Source of the DNA: Octopus vulgaris
Lineage: Eukaryota
DNA length: 64,000 nt
Assembly (NCBI GenBank): GCA_951406725.2
Contig: OX597816.1
Span: 26,660,001 to 26,724,000 of the forward strand
Direction: 5' to 3'
Shown here: positions 12,273 through 26,574 of the stretch, in pieces
How positions within the stretch are numbered: position 1 is the first letter of the stretch
How the letters are laid out: each line of letters starts with the position of its first letter
Notes under the pieces: generated by a model
Databases searched by the model: none
The model's input: only the letters and a program-made list of their open reading frames with translations
Told to the model about the DNA's origin: nothing
Translations under genes and position numbers: made by a program

Positions 12273-12787
12273 GAACTGGACAAGCATCATAACATCATAA
12301 TTTTGAAATATCTATAAAACCACCAAAAGCTTGTTTATTTTTATGTTTTTTGATTTATTATTAGTGTTGCTTAATATGTTTTGCTAAAATTGCTGTTTCT
12401 TTTCAGATATCATCAGAAAAAGGTAATTAAAATTGCCAAGCTGTATCGGCCTTTGCCTTTCCCTTGGATAACATCGGTGGTGTGGAGAGGGAAGGCTGGT
12501 ATGCGTGGGCAACTGCTGGTCTTCCATAAACAACCTTACCCTGACTTGTGCCTCGGGGGTAACTTTCTGGGTGCAATCCCTTGTTCATTCATGACCGAAT
12601 TGGGTCACAAAAACAAAAATATCATATATAATGACAGTATACAACCATTCTATCGCCCCACCACCGTACATATCTCTATGAGATATTTAGAAATTTAATA
12701 TTTCTGATCATATTTAATAGTATATATATATTGTTTATGTTTTCCAGTTTCAACTCTTTAGCTGTGGCCATGCTGGGGCACCGCCAT

Positions 12788-12922
<135 letters not shown>

Positions 12923-14039
12923 TAATAGTAATTGTATGACAACAAAGAATGAGTGAGACCTCGATATTATGTAAATAGAGGAATTTATCTGTAAATGTAA
13001 CATGTGACAATTATTCGGATGGCTGGTTGAGGGAGAAAGAGGATTTTTTTTGTCTGTCATGATTCAGTGGTTTTGGGGTCAGAATGGTGTCAGTGTGTGT
13101 TTGTGTGTCTCTGTGCATATATACACACGCACAAATACAATATCCCCACACTTGAGCACAAACCCACATACATTCCAAGAAAAAAACACATACATATATA
13201 CACTTGCAATATTATTCTAGCAACACTCACGCACACATACATAGGTACATGCACACACCACCCTGACAATTGCAAATCGCACTCAAACACACCCACACAT
13301 ACACAGATGCACACACAAACACTCAAATACAACACAACCACTACACACATACATATGTACACACACACACACACACAAATACAATATGCCCGTTCCCCAG
13401 TAAAAAATCACACACACACACTCGAAAAAAAAACATATTCATACAATACAATCTACAGCACACACACGCACACACACCCGGAAGCTACATAAACCATTAC
13501 CACGTATATACATACAAACGCATACTCAGTACCAGCATGCATAGAATGTACACGCACGCATATACACACCACCCGGATAAACCCAACACACACGGACACA
13601 CACACAACCCGTGATAAATACAACACACTCACACACACATAGACATACACACATACCCATACACACATACATATGCACCCCCACACACACATACGGTTGC
13701 TCTCACACATACACACACCACCAAGACAATTATAACAACACATACTCAGAGACACACACACACACACGTACACACACATATCATCCCCACCAACACAAAA
13801 AACATACAAACATACGCACGCACGCACAGACGCACACTTACACACATGCGCACACACAACACCCTGACGAATACTAATCACACACATACACACACACAAA
13901 TTTTCTTATCATTATCAAGGAATGTATAAACTGTATTTTAATACTTTTGTGATAACCAATACTTAAAACAACAAAGCTTACACAAAGCTTTATGTTTTAC
14001 TTTTGACAATCTTTTTCTAAACAAGTAAAACCGGTTAAA

Positions 14040-14424
14040 TCTCTCTATATATAAACGGCAGTTTGTCTGTGTGCGTGTCTGTGTGTCTGTTAGGTTGTAC
14101 CCTCACCCTGACCACGGCTTTCAACCGATTCTGATGAAACTTGACACACACATAGCCCAATGTCATAATTCAAAACTAACGCAGCGAAAATTTTGAAAAG
14201 TTCCCCCAGTTCAGAAAAAGATCGATAAATTCGACATGGGGTCGACAATCAGAAACACAAACCACAGATGGTCTAGGGGACGCAACTCCACCTGTTTTAA
14301 CTCTCAAAAAAAATTTACCGTTATTTTTTTCACATTTTTTTGCTATTTTTTGGCTATAGCTCTCTAAAAATGCTTTATAGTTATTTCCCTTACAAACCCG
14401 AGCAACGCCGGGCGATACTGCTAG
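14040..14424 (+). mobile_element. Non-autonomous Helitron
   Basis: a|TC...hairpin...CTAG|t, inserted between A and T with no TSD. Confidence 0.8.
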
Positions 14425-14614
14425 TCAATACATATCTCTAAAAGTCCATTGCATTTTCAAACCTTCTTTCAGATATATATATGGGTGTGTGTGTGTGTTT
14501 TATATATATATGCATATATTACATATATATATGTAATATATACTTATATATATAATAATATATAAATAATATATATATATACTTTATCTAAAGCAGCAGA
14601 AAATTCAACAAAAC

Positions 14615-14652
14615 CTGTTACTCTGAGTTTCACGTTCCCGTTCGTCGGACAG
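14615..14652 (-). ncRNA. Minimal hammerhead motif, second family copy (core U4C)
   Basis: Minus strand reads CTGT-CCGACGA-ACG GGAA CGT-GAAAC-TCAGA-GTA-ACAG; flanks are homologous to the 11802 copy. Confidence 0.6.
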
Positions 14653-15005
14653 TTTTTACATTTAATTTAATTTGAGAATTAATTTTGTTAGATAATATAT
14701 TATTTAATAATTAGGTGGTAAAATTATTAAGTAATATTAAGTTTAAGTAAATTAGGTTTTATATTAATTGATATTTTGGTCAACTATATTATTGAGTGAT
14801 ATATCAAATCTATAGAAACTACACACATATATATATATTTAATTATATAATTTGTTTATTTAAGGAGTGTGTCTATATTCGAACCATTTCTTATTTTGAT
14901 TCCAATATTAATGGCTTGTACTAGCATTGTGTACATTAATTAATTTTGAAGTATTGTATACTTTAAGTATTGTATTTAGTTTTCAATTAAATCTATATTT
15001 AGTAT

Positions 15006-15054
<49 letters not shown>

Positions 15055-15127
15055 GAATATATTTATATTTTAAAAGATTATTTACGTATATTTATTTATT
15101 AATTATTTTATTATTGTAGTTTATTTT

Positions 15128-15231
15128 TAACCTGATGAGTGGCTATATTTATATCGAAGTGATTTTACTACTACCATTAATTTTTTTACTATAATCATTT
15201 TTTAAATATAGCCACGAAACACGTGTCGTTA
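15128..15231 (+). ncRNA. Type I hammerhead ribozyme with extended stem II
   Basis: TAAC-CTGATGA-GTGGCTATATTTA...TAAATATAGCCAC-GAAAC-ACGT-GTC-GTTA. All core nucleotides are canonical, stem II is 13 bp and stem III is palindromic. Confidence 0.8.
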
Positions 15232-15336
15232 TTCTAACAAACATATACGTTTCATTTATCATTTTGCACATCACTTAATCATCGATATATTATTATTTTA
15301 TATTTAATATTTCTATTATATGTAAATTTCTAGGTT

Positions 15337-16160
15337 AGTACAATGGTCCAATAGTATGGAAGTTGTTGACTGGTTTAAAGCCATCAGGAATAAGAATATA
15401 GCGATATTGTTGATTTCTATGCCTCTATCTCTAAGGAATTACTAGATAAAGCCCTCACCTTCGCAAGCGAATTTATAGAAGTTAGTACACAAGATAAGGA
15501 CATAATCTTCCATGCTAGAAAGACTTTACTCTTCAGTGAGAACGCAGAGTGGGTCAAGACTACCGATATAGAAGGTGCTTTCGATGTGAGCATGAGGTCA
15601 TATGATGGAGCAGGCATATGCGATCTCATTGGACTATTCCTACTAGATACGTTGGGCAAGACTTTTTCGGACGAATATTTCGCCATTTACAAAGACGATG
15701 CCTTAGCTTTAACTACAAATACCAATGGACCAGCACAGGATCGGTTTAGGAAGGACATTGATGAAAACTTTCGGTTTTAGCATAACTACAGATACCAACC
15801 TGACGGTTATCAGTTTCCTAGATGTATCCATAGATTTAAATAAGAATATTTATTAACCTTCTAGGAAGCCCAACGATAGACTTAGTTATATTAATGTAGG
15901 TTCCTGCGATCCCCCCATAGAATTTTAAAATTTAGTTAAAGATATTAGCAAAATAATTTCTAGACTTTCCTCCGATAGGGACATTTTTAATAGTGTTGCA
16001 CCAATATATAATAATGCTCTAAAATAACCTATAATAATAAAGAAAAGGAAACACAGGAATAGAAAAACTGTTTCACATCCCCTTACTCCCCTGAAGTGAC
16101 CTTTAATATAGGTAAATATTTCTTACCACTTATAGATAGGCATTTTCGAACCAGTCATAA
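15337..16160 (+). mobile_element. Penelope-like element RT, decayed
   Basis: Peptides EVVDWFK, DIVDFYASISKELLDKAL, FDVSMRSYDGAGICDLIGLFLL, IYKDDAL and FLDVSIDL are PLE RT motifs, with stops and frameshifts. Confidence 0.85.
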
Positions 16161-18785
16161 TTGAAGTTGGTCTCTGCATCCCACATTTTGACAGCGAGAA
16201 CGACCTTAGAACGTCACTTCAAAGCCAAATATGAGGGTAGATTCCTGACAAAGTGCGAGCATTGGGCCGTGAAGGAATTAATACGGTAGAAACCCAGCGT
16301 GGAAATGATACCACAATTAGTTCTCTGACTGACGATTGTGGGAATTCAGTCGAAGGACGGGACGAGATGTGTGAGGTGCTTTGCAAACACTTTGCCGAGT
16401 TGTTCGGGGGGTGCGGGAGGCTGGATCATGGTAAGGCCCTTAGGGACTTCCTGTCTGGCGGCCCGTGTCTCTCGGTGCGAGAGGCAGAGTGCTGTGAAGA
16501 GTCAATCACAGCCGAGGAGGTGATCGAGGTGCTGGGTGAATGCCCCGGGGAGAAGTCGCCGGGTTTCGATGGTCTATCCTATGAATTTTATAAGAATATG
16601 CCAGACTTGTTCGGGCACCTGCTGGCCAGCGTTTACGCCGATTGGCAGCAGTATGGAAGAATTCTCAAGTCTGCAAGCCGAGGGGTGGTGACGCTGATCA
16701 GAAAGGACCCGAGTAAAGGGGACGAGATTAGTAACTTCCGGCCCATAACTCTGATAAACACAGAGTTAAAGATTTTGGTCAAGGCGTTAGCAAAAAGGTT
16801 GGCGCGGGTCGTGGACAGACTTGTAGGGAGGGCGCAAACTTGTGCCATCCCGGGCTGGTCAATCCACGACAATCTCCATCTTCTACGCTACACCTTAGAG
16901 AGGGTAGGGAATCTTTCTGGCACAGGAGGTGCACTGTTACATTTAGACCAGTCTAAAGCGTTTGATAGGGTCGACCATCGGTACTTGGCGGCAGTCCTCG
17001 AAAAGGCTGGCCTAGGTCCCACCTTCCGCGGTTGGATTGCTGCTTTGTACAGCGACATCGAGTCTGCTGTCAAAGTAAATGGATTCTTCTCGAAACCATT
17101 CAGGATCGGACGCTCAGTGTGTCAGGGGTGTCCCTTGTGTCCGCTTTTGTATGTACTGGCTCTTGAGCCATTGCTGCAGAAGTTGGAAGCACTAGGAGGC
17201 GCACCGAATGATCTGTGGTGCGGAGGTGGAGCTACGGAGTATGCGGATGACATCTCCATCATCGTGGCGGTTGAAAGCCAGCTTCCAGTAGTAGAAGAGG
17301 CCATCAAAAGTTACGAGGTGGTGACAGGAGCAAAGGTTAACAAGGTCAGGTCGGTCGGTTTGCAACTCGGCACCTGGAGAGGCAAGCCGATGACGTCCAA
17401 TAACGTCGTAGGGCGTTGGACGGAAGGTCCTGTTAAGCTGCTTGGGGTCTGGTTTGGACCAGACCTCCAGATAGAGAAAAATTGGAGTGAGGTAGCCAGT
17501 AAGGTGACTGCTCTAATCCAAACCTGGTCTGGGCGGGCGTTGTCCTTGCTAGGGAAGGCGGAAGTGGTACCAATGTTTATAGCATCTGTTATCACCTACC
17601 GTCTGACCGTGGTGCTTGCTCTGATTTGTGGCTGAACAAGTTAGAGAGGAACATTTTCCGCTTTCTGTGGAAAGGAGGAAAGCCTCTTGTGAAGCGCTCT
17701 GTCTGCTGCCAGAAGCCACTAAAGGGTGGCTAGGGGTGCTTTGACTGAGGATGCGAAAATTCACGTTAAGGCTGAGGCACCTTTGGCTTTACCTGGATGG
17801 AGAACAGTTGTGGTCACTGCATGTCCGGTTCTACCTTCCGAGGTTAACGTCCTTAACGGACATTGGATCAAGCAGAGACCTAAACTGGGAGAATGGCATT
17901 TGGAGTGCCGTAAGGCACTTCAGCTACTCTTTCGGGCGGGCAATGCCGGCAGCAGAAGTTCCACCGCGGATTTTCATAGCAGGTTAGTGGGATTCATGTA
18001 TGAAGACGCATTGGTGGAGACCTTGGGCTACGATGAAAATCAGTTGATCAACCTGTTCGGGAGAACATTCGGGCCGGGGTATCTGGATAATTACTAGAAA
18101 TCCTTGGCTTGGGAGTGCTTCCGTGCGGCGTTACCGGTTCGTGATAAGCTGTCAAGGCACAGAAGTGCCGTCTCGCCGTCATGTCCGACAGAACAGAGAA
18201 ACCATCTTGTACGCATTCGTGAGATGTCCAGAATTATCAGGATTGATAGCTTTCACAGAACAACTGTTGTCATCAATGGGAAGAGTACAGTTATCGGCTG
18301 AGTCCATCATCCCTTAGTGGGGAAAGGAAGGCCTGTTTTTACTGCGTGGTAGACATTTTAAAAGAAACGGTATGGAAAACACGCGTGAAAGGGATTGTGA
18401 CGGGTACCTTTGTATCCGGCCTGGGGTTGGTCAACTTTTTTAGTTACCACCTCAGCAGCAAGATCAGGCTGGAGAAGCGGTACCTGTAATGTGAGAAATT
18501 TGAGAAGAGATGGAAGCTTGTAGTAAGAAAGCTGGGAGTGATTGGCACCAAGTAAGTGGAACCTTGGAAGAAAAGAAAGGCCCTACCCTGATGTCGGACG
18601 CCTTTCCTTCGGTGTCACATTGCATAACGCAATATATTTTATTTTATTTCATTTTTAATTATTCACCACTTTCATATTTTTAATCGATTCATAACAACGC
18701 TTTAAGCTACTTAACCATTCTATGTTTGTCTGTCCTTGTTTGTCCCCTCTGTATTACGCCTACATGGCAAATTTATTGAAATTAA
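16161..18785 (+). mobile_element. L1/Tx1-clade LINE, 5'-truncated; RT ORF 16253-17635
   Basis: KSPGFDG, NFRPITLIN, LDQSKAFDRVDH, QGCPLCPLLY, YADD, LLGVWFG. Frameshifts and stops follow about 17620. Inserted into or next to the PLE remnant. Confidence 0.9.
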
Positions 18786-20175
18786 GTAACTTGCTTACCA
18801 ACCAAATGGATATACTCTTTATATTGGGGCAGCAGCTATATGATAATTTCACTGATCGCCTTTTAAATATTTTCCGTACCTGTGATTTTCTGGAAAATGT
18901 TTGTCTTGGCGAGACAGGTATCTTTTACCTATGTTAGATTTTACATTAAGTGAAAAGGGATGGGCGAACGAAATAATTTTCCTATGTCTATTTTTAGATA
19001 TAGATCTAAAAATCTGATTAATATTATCTGATTAATATTAGATGGATTATATATTACTTTCTCTTTAAAGCCATTATTGGCTAGGGCCAAGTAGTAAGGA
19101 CGGATGGATGGATGGATGGATGTACGTACGTACGTACGTACGTACGTATGTACGTATGTATGTATGTATGTATGTATGTATGTATGTATGTATGTATGTA
19201 TGTATGTATGTATGTGTGTGTGTGTGTTTGGAAATGGACTCTTCTAGACTGAACTATCTTTGAAAAAGCTTTCTCAAGAAGAGGATATTTATTAGGATTT
19301 AACTCTACAACAAATCTTAAAAATTGCGATGTTTGTTTTATATTATGAAGATAGTATTTATATTAGTTCTTAAAATGTCCTAAATTAATCTCAAGAAAAA
19401 TTAGAAAGATAAGATATGTATGAAGCTCACTGGTTTTTGTTTTTTTTATATATGGGAGATAACCCAAGTTTTTAGTGGGGAGATAACTCCAGTTTTCGAT
19501 GGCAATATTTATGGGGGGGGGGTGAGAGTGGGGAAATTCACAATGCCGATTTTTTGGAAATTTTCCGGAACCTCCGTATCCGAAAACGGGGATTTTTGGC
19601 AAAAAAAAAAACCCACAAAAATAAACAAATTTGGGAGAAAGTGGGAAGAGGAGACGGACGGAAGTCTTTCCTCAAACTGTAACGATCATGTAACCAGTTT
19701 GTAACAGTTAAATAAATGCAACAGGTAAAGTGCATCGTACAAAGTGCATCGTACAAAGAAGAACAATGAGTAAACTGGATTAAGAACTAAATTATGTGGG
19801 AAAATACTAAACACAAAAAGAAAGACACTAAAACAAAGACAAGTTATAACCAGTTTACAGCGTGTAGTGTAGTATGAGCCCTGGGGCTAAACAAGAGGGC
19901 AGATGTGACAGCCGCATTCAGTCATTCGGTTAAATTACAACTGTTCGATTACGATTAACTAGAGCGATACAAATGCTACAAGTAATAGTAGTAGTAGTAG
20001 TTTCTTTGACAACGGATTCAAAATGAAAACTGGAAACCTGGTCATACAGGCTATCTGAAACAACCCTACTTCACAAATTACCTGCTTAATTTTGATGGAG
20101 TTAACCACTAGTCGTCAACATGAGAAGATGTAAGTAGAGCTTTTTAAAGAAAAAATAGAAAGAATTTTTTTTTTT

Positions 20176-20456
20176 TTGCAGCGTGGAAGGTGTTTGTAAG
20201 CCATTTAAGAAACACACAAAAGCCGTTCGATTCACTTCAAGTTTAATTTGTCAAAATATGTTCGTCGCTATAAGACCGCGATCTGTTCACTGACAAAAAT
20301 CCGTACTGTACGGATGCAGCACGGATTTTTGTCAGTGAACAGGTCGCGGTCTTATAGCGACGAACATATTTTGACAAATTAAACTTAAATGTTGAAGTGA
20401 ATCGGACGGCTTTTGTGTGTTTCTTAAATGGCTTACAAACACCTTCCACGCTGCAA
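20176..20456. repeat. Near-perfect fold-back inverted repeat carrying a hammerhead-like motif
   Basis: Arms of about 130 bp are reverse complements around 20305-20320. Confidence 0.9.
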
Positions 20457-20789
20457 TTGTTTTCGTTCCAGCACACGATCTCAGATCAAATCACTTGCTA
20501 TGCAAGTACATCTCCGTAATTTTTTTTTTTTTTTTATTAAGTCATTTAGTTTGTTTCCCTCGCGGGATCGTAGGCTGACAGTTGGGTGTAATAGTGCGCT
20601 TGTGTCAAACGGCCCAATCCAACTAAACGTAAATAAGGGCGAAAGTAAATACATACACCCAGTGCTTAAGGTTTAGGGTTAGGTCGAAAACGAGTGGTGT
20701 ACGTAATCCATACCTCCGACCAAATGTTCCCGGCTTTTCTTTAAAATACGACGTTGTTTTTGTTATCTACATGCCACGCACATAGATAG

Positions 20790-20885
20790 ATATAAAAGAG
20801 CACGCACGCACACACACAGACACACACACGTACACCCATTAGCTTCCTCCGTGCACATAAATAATAAAAAAGAACACACTCGCAT

Positions 20886-20937
<52 letters not shown>

Positions 20938-20952
20938 AACACACACGAACAC

Positions 20953-21003
<51 letters not shown>

Positions 21004-21010
21004 CACACAC

Positions 21011-21046
<36 letters not shown>

Positions 21047-21236
21047 GTACACCCATTAGCTTCCTCCACACACCTAAATACTTAAAACAGAACACGCTCG
21101 CACATACATACACACACACATACACACACACGCACACACACACACACACACATTACAGCCATTAGCTTCCGCCACGCACACACATACACACACACACACA
21201 CACGCACACACATACACACACATACACACACACGCA

Positions 21237-21271
<35 letters not shown>

Positions 21272-21277
21272 TCACAC

Positions 21278-21317
<40 letters not shown>

Positions 21318-21374
21318 TACAGCCACTAGCTTCCGCCACGCACATAAATAATAAAAAAAGAACACGCTCGCACG

Positions 21375-21432
<58 letters not shown>

Positions 21433-21475
21433 GCCATTAGCTTCCGCCACGCACACACATACACACACACACGCA

Positions 21476-21538
<63 letters not shown>

Positions 21539-21700
21539 ACACACGAACACACACACACACACACACACACACCCATTAGCTTCCTCCACACACCTAAATA
21601 CTTAAAACAGAACACGCTCGCACACACGCGGACGTACACCCATTAACTTCCTCTTCCACTTCGACACGTCAAACAGAACACGCTCGCACACACACACACA
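20790..21700. repeat. Compound (CA)n-rich tandem repeat
   Basis: Recurring ccattagcttcc(g/t)cca and agaacacgctcgca modules separated by CA runs. Confidence 0.85.
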
Positions 21701-21867
21701 CGCCCTCCCCCTCCCCCGCCTGCCTCTTCCACGTTGACACATGTGTTCACAGTTGACAAGACAAACAAAGTCCTTTCAAAAATTTTTCGTCATGGCAATT
21801 CTGAGACTCAAAACGTTTGATTGCCAGATTTATAATATTCCTTTGCGGCGAAAGTAACGAATGCTGA

Positions 21868-22055
21868 GCAGTATTTCGTCTGCCGCTACGTTCTGAGTTC
21901 AAATTCCGCCGAGGTCGACTTTGCCTTTCATCCTTTCGGGGTCGATAAATTAAGTACCAGTTACGCACTGGGGTCGATGTAATCGACTTAATACCTATGT
22001 CTGTCCTTGTTTGTCCCCTCTGTGTTTAGCCCCATTGTGGGTAATAAAGAAATAG
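21868..22055 (+). mobile_element. SINE family A, 5'-truncated
   Basis: Matches the body and tail of the 527 copy; followed by (GGTTAG)n. Confidence 0.8.
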
Positions 22056-22056
22056 G

Positions 22057-22088
<32 letters not shown>

Positions 22089-22689
22089 AAGGGTATTTGT
22101 TACGCCGAAAACGGGTGGTGTGCGTACCCTCCGCCGCATATTTGTTCTTACTTGCTTCATTTATGTACGCTACATACTTCAACAGATCTTGTTTGATTTA
22201 CCTTAAAATTAATAAAATCAATGTCATATTTCTCTCTTCCGCATTTTCATTAATCAGAAGTAAGTATTAATTTACTTTTTTTCCTTTTCTCCATGCATGC
22301 TGCAATATTTCGGGTCTTTGGTGGTTAAAAGAAAAAAAAACACATGGATTATTATCACTAATACGGCTTTTTCGACGTTGATCCCGTTTACTTCCTGGAA
22401 ATTTACGGATTTTACATGCATAAATAAAGCAGGTAATAACAAATATGCGAAGCTTTTCTAAAGTTTAAAATGCGACATTGTTTTTGTTATTTATATTCCA
22501 TGCACACTTTCGTTGGATCCATATATGGAGATATATATATATATAGCAATAATAATTCTCTAAAAGGGATATAGACAGTAACTGCTCGATAACATAAGGG
22601 ACTAAAGCCATCTGAATATGGCTAGGGACAGGGCAGGGTGGTGGGGGTGTTACTGTTGCATTTAGCCCCAGGCGAACATCGACGTCACC

Positions 22690-22882
22690 GGACTGAACAC
22701 GAAAAGTGGACAGTCAACATGCTAGATATAGACGTCAAATCGTCATTCTCCACAAAAGATTATGTTCTCAGATCAAACTCAGTTTTGTGTTGAGTTTGAT
22801 CTGAGAACATAATCTTTTGTGGAGAATGACGATTTGACGTCTATATCTAGCATGTTGACTGTCCACTTTTCGTGTTCAGTCC
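22690..22882. repeat. Perfect 92-bp-arm hairpin
   Basis: 22690-22781 is the reverse complement of 22791-22882, with a 9-nt loop. Confidence 0.9.
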
Positions 22883-22975
22883 TTAATTGGTATATATAAA
22901 TATTTTAATCTTCGGATTCTTTTTTAATATGCTAGACCACTGGTCTTAATTGATAAATATCAATTTCTACCCTTA

Positions 22976-23041
<66 letters not shown>

Positions 23042-24832
23042 TGTATGTAATAAGTACTTCAGTTTGTTTATTTGTTTGCATGCATGTACCTACTACGTAC
23101 GTATGTATGTATGTATGTATGTATGTATAGATGGATGGATGGATGGATGGATGGATGGATGGATGGATGGATGGGTGGGTGGGTGGGTGGGTGGATGGAT
23201 GTATGGATGGATGGACGGACGGACGGATGGACGGACGGACAGATGGATGGATGGATTGGCGTAAGTGTTAAAGAACGGGGAGGATCTTATCAATTCAACC
23301 AGTATCCGAAGTTTCAAAATGTGTAGTTAAAAAAATTAATTAAAAAATCTGTGAATGAGATTGAAAAAATCCGTGTGTGTGTGTGTGTGTACACATATGT
23401 TTTTTATTTACTCATACACACAAGTTGTAAACTAAATTCAATAACTGTTTATTACGTTCCTGTAGAAATTGAATGAAAATATATTATGATTGAGAGGGCG
23501 GTAGATTGGCAGAAATTTTTGCAGATTTTTTTCCTGACTTTCTACACATTCTACCGAAAGCAATTTTGCCTTTCAGCGCTCCGAAGTCGTTAAAATAGAG
23601 TACCAGTCGAAATGAAGTCAGTAGTATCGAAAACCCACTCCCTTCAAAATTGCTAGTCTGGATCTAGTTGGTATGACTGCCAGCATTTCAAAAATTAAAG
23701 TTTATCGAAAATTTAAAAATTTGACAACATTGTATACTGAATTGCCGGAGCTTTTTCACTTTTTCCAGAAAAAAACGTTTTTTAAAAAGTTATAGAGGTT
23801 TAAAGTTTGATCATTTTCACCCAGTCCGGAAACAGGATTTGGAAGCTGTCATTTTGTGCGTGACTGCACATTTTCGTCAGCATCCTGAAAATAGCACGTG
23901 TTGTCAATGTTTATAAACAACACGTGTTTTGTAGTTTGAAGCATTCAATATGCATTTAATGCGTTAGCACGAACTTACAAGTTTTATCCAAGAAATATTA
24001 TTCAGCTGTTATTTTTAGCGCATCTCACAACCACTTCAATGACAAAAAGAAACGAGTAAACAAGTAGTTTTAAGTATTCAATATACATTTCATGCAGATG
24101 TGATGAACATCACATGCACAATTGTCAATAGTCAGGTAAAACAAGTCGCTTCATTATATTTGTCAATGCGCGCTTTCTCGCAGACAAAAGAGTTTTCATG
24201 TTCCGCTTGTTACTACAGAAACAGGCATGAATGTGTCTGTGGCTTACGATTGGCTAAAATTACAAAAGTTTTCAAACTTTATTTATTGATTTATTGTGAA
24301 AATGATTTTTTCACGCCATTCATTGACTAATAAAAGTATATCATTGCACTGAATAGGAAATCAATTCGAACAAAATTGATGCTGGTTGCCAAACCGACGA
24401 GATCGGCTATTAAATAATAGAATCATTGTTGAATATCAACATTGAATTCAAAGATTTTCTTTTTTTTTTTTTTTCTTTTTTTTCAATCATTAGACTGTGG
24501 TCATGCTGTGACACCACCTTGAATAATTTTTAGTCGAATGAATATTTATATTTTATTATTAAGCCTGGTATTCATTCTGTCAGTATCATTTGTCGGACAG
24601 CTACGTTAAGGGGATGTAAACAAAACAACACCGATCATCAAGCGATGGGAGTGACAAACACAATAGCACAGACACACAGACACATATATACATATACGTG
24701 TGTGTGTGTGTGTGTGTCAGTATCATTTGTCGGACAGCTACGTTAAGGGGATGTAAACACACCAACACCGATCATCAAGCGGTGGGAGTAACAAACACAA
24801 TCACACAGACACACAAATACATATATACATAT

Positions 24833-24886
<54 letters not shown>

Positions 24887-25828
24887 TTCACAGATGAGAT
24901 CCAGAAATTCTCTTTATAGAAGACATGGTGTTGCTCAAAAGGTTCAAACTTCAACTCCGATGTCTTTACGGGGATCATTCCACAAGGTAAGGAAAGGCTA
25001 CAAGAGAGGTCAAGTTGAGCGGATATAGAGGCGTGTGTGCGGATAAACAAATTAGACACATCAAATATACGAAATACATCTGTAGGAACCTCGCTTGACC
25101 CTGCCTGATATTTGAAACCAAATCCACCCGCTTGTTGCTTGCCAAAACAAGCGGGTAGATTTGGTGGATCTAGTCTTCTTCATTCGCAAAATGAGCCCCC
25201 TTTAATTTTGCTCACATTGCTTTCAATTTTGGTGTATCGATGCATCTCTGAATTTTGATAACGATCAACCAATTACTTTATCTCGTAAATTAAAGAATCT
25301 GTTGTTATTTGGAATTAAAGTTGGGAAATTTGGGTAATTTTAGCCAATCAACAGACAGCGAGGTATTAACAGTTTGTTACCATGACAACCGCACGTTGGG
25401 TTGTGTTTCACCCGCATGTTATGTTGATTCTTCACACCTCGAGATTTACTTCACCCGCATGTTTTGTTTTAATAAAATTAATATTTATCAATTAGAATTT
25501 TATTAGAGATATTTTTCGCCAATTGTCAAAATGTTTTACATAGTTTTCGTATATAGCAAAAGTTGTTTGCGATGTTTATACAGTTTCTTTGGCACTATGA
25601 AGGTAAATGGAATGTGTGAACTTAGTTCAGATAATTTGACGTTATTTTTGAATTCTGCATGCAAAAACATATAAGATACAGGTATTCTTTTTCTTGGGAT
25701 AAATTCTTTGTTGACCAGTGTTATTCTTATCCTAGTTCACAAATCCAAAGCATGAAAATGTTACTCAACTTTGAAGTTTTGGAGACAGACGCCCTCTTTT
25801 CACACACACACAGACACACACACACACA

Positions 25829-25869
<41 letters not shown>

Positions 25870-26163
25870 TCACTCACACACACATGCAGGGTCAGGCGAG
25901 GTTCCTGGAAACTACATTTTATTTTCCGGGCTGAGATTCGAAACCGAATCTAAGGATTCTCGCTCGCCCGATCCACCGCTATTGGCTGACCGAGCGGCAA
26001 CAATTTCTTTGTCCTGTCAGAAAGTGATGGATGGGTTTCCACTCAACCTCCGACCTGGGCTGTGTCACGGCTGGACAACAGGTGACCTAAATAGACGCAA
26101 GCCAATCGTATAATGGTATATCCATCCTTCTACCTGGAATGGCCATTATAAATACGGATTCTG

Positions 26164-26574
26164 GGATCTTTTCGGTTTGAACGGCAGTTTTTTCTAGCGG
26201 TGTCATATGAAATTGTCACCCATAATTATGACCCTAGTATCGATCTATTGCATTTCAATCTCTTTTAGGGTTAGGGTTAGGGTGGGGGAAGGATATCTTT
26301 TTTTCTTCACAAATGTAAATAAACCCAATCTGTTTCTTAAACGAGGGACATATTCATACGGCACAGAATGTTTCTTTACCTCAATGGACGTCATTGATTG
26401 GTTGAAATTGCAGAAATTGAAGAAAAAAACAATATCTTACAAACTATAGAATTTTCTCAATAAAGCCAAGAGAAAAAGATGTTTTATAAACACATTCTAC
26501 TAGTATACGAAGTTTAAAATTTTTTAGTGACCGAGAAATTATGTCAAAAACTGCCGTTCAAACCGAAAAGATCC
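26164..26574. mobile_element. MITE (same family as 6593)
   Basis: Same TIRs; flanks cggattctg/cggattccg resemble a 9-bp TSD with one mismatch. Confidence 0.85.

Noticed and set aside
20010-20136. Possible exon ending in gtaagt
   Set aside because: No clear acceptor, stops in the plausible frames and no recognisable protein.
22055-22098. Telomere or chromosome-fusion site
   Set aside because: Only a few degenerate TTAGGG units, embedded in a dispersed repeat.
23660-24405. Old DNA transposon with ~24-bp degenerate TIRs
   Set aside because: TIR identity is only about 70% with no clear TSD, too weak to call.
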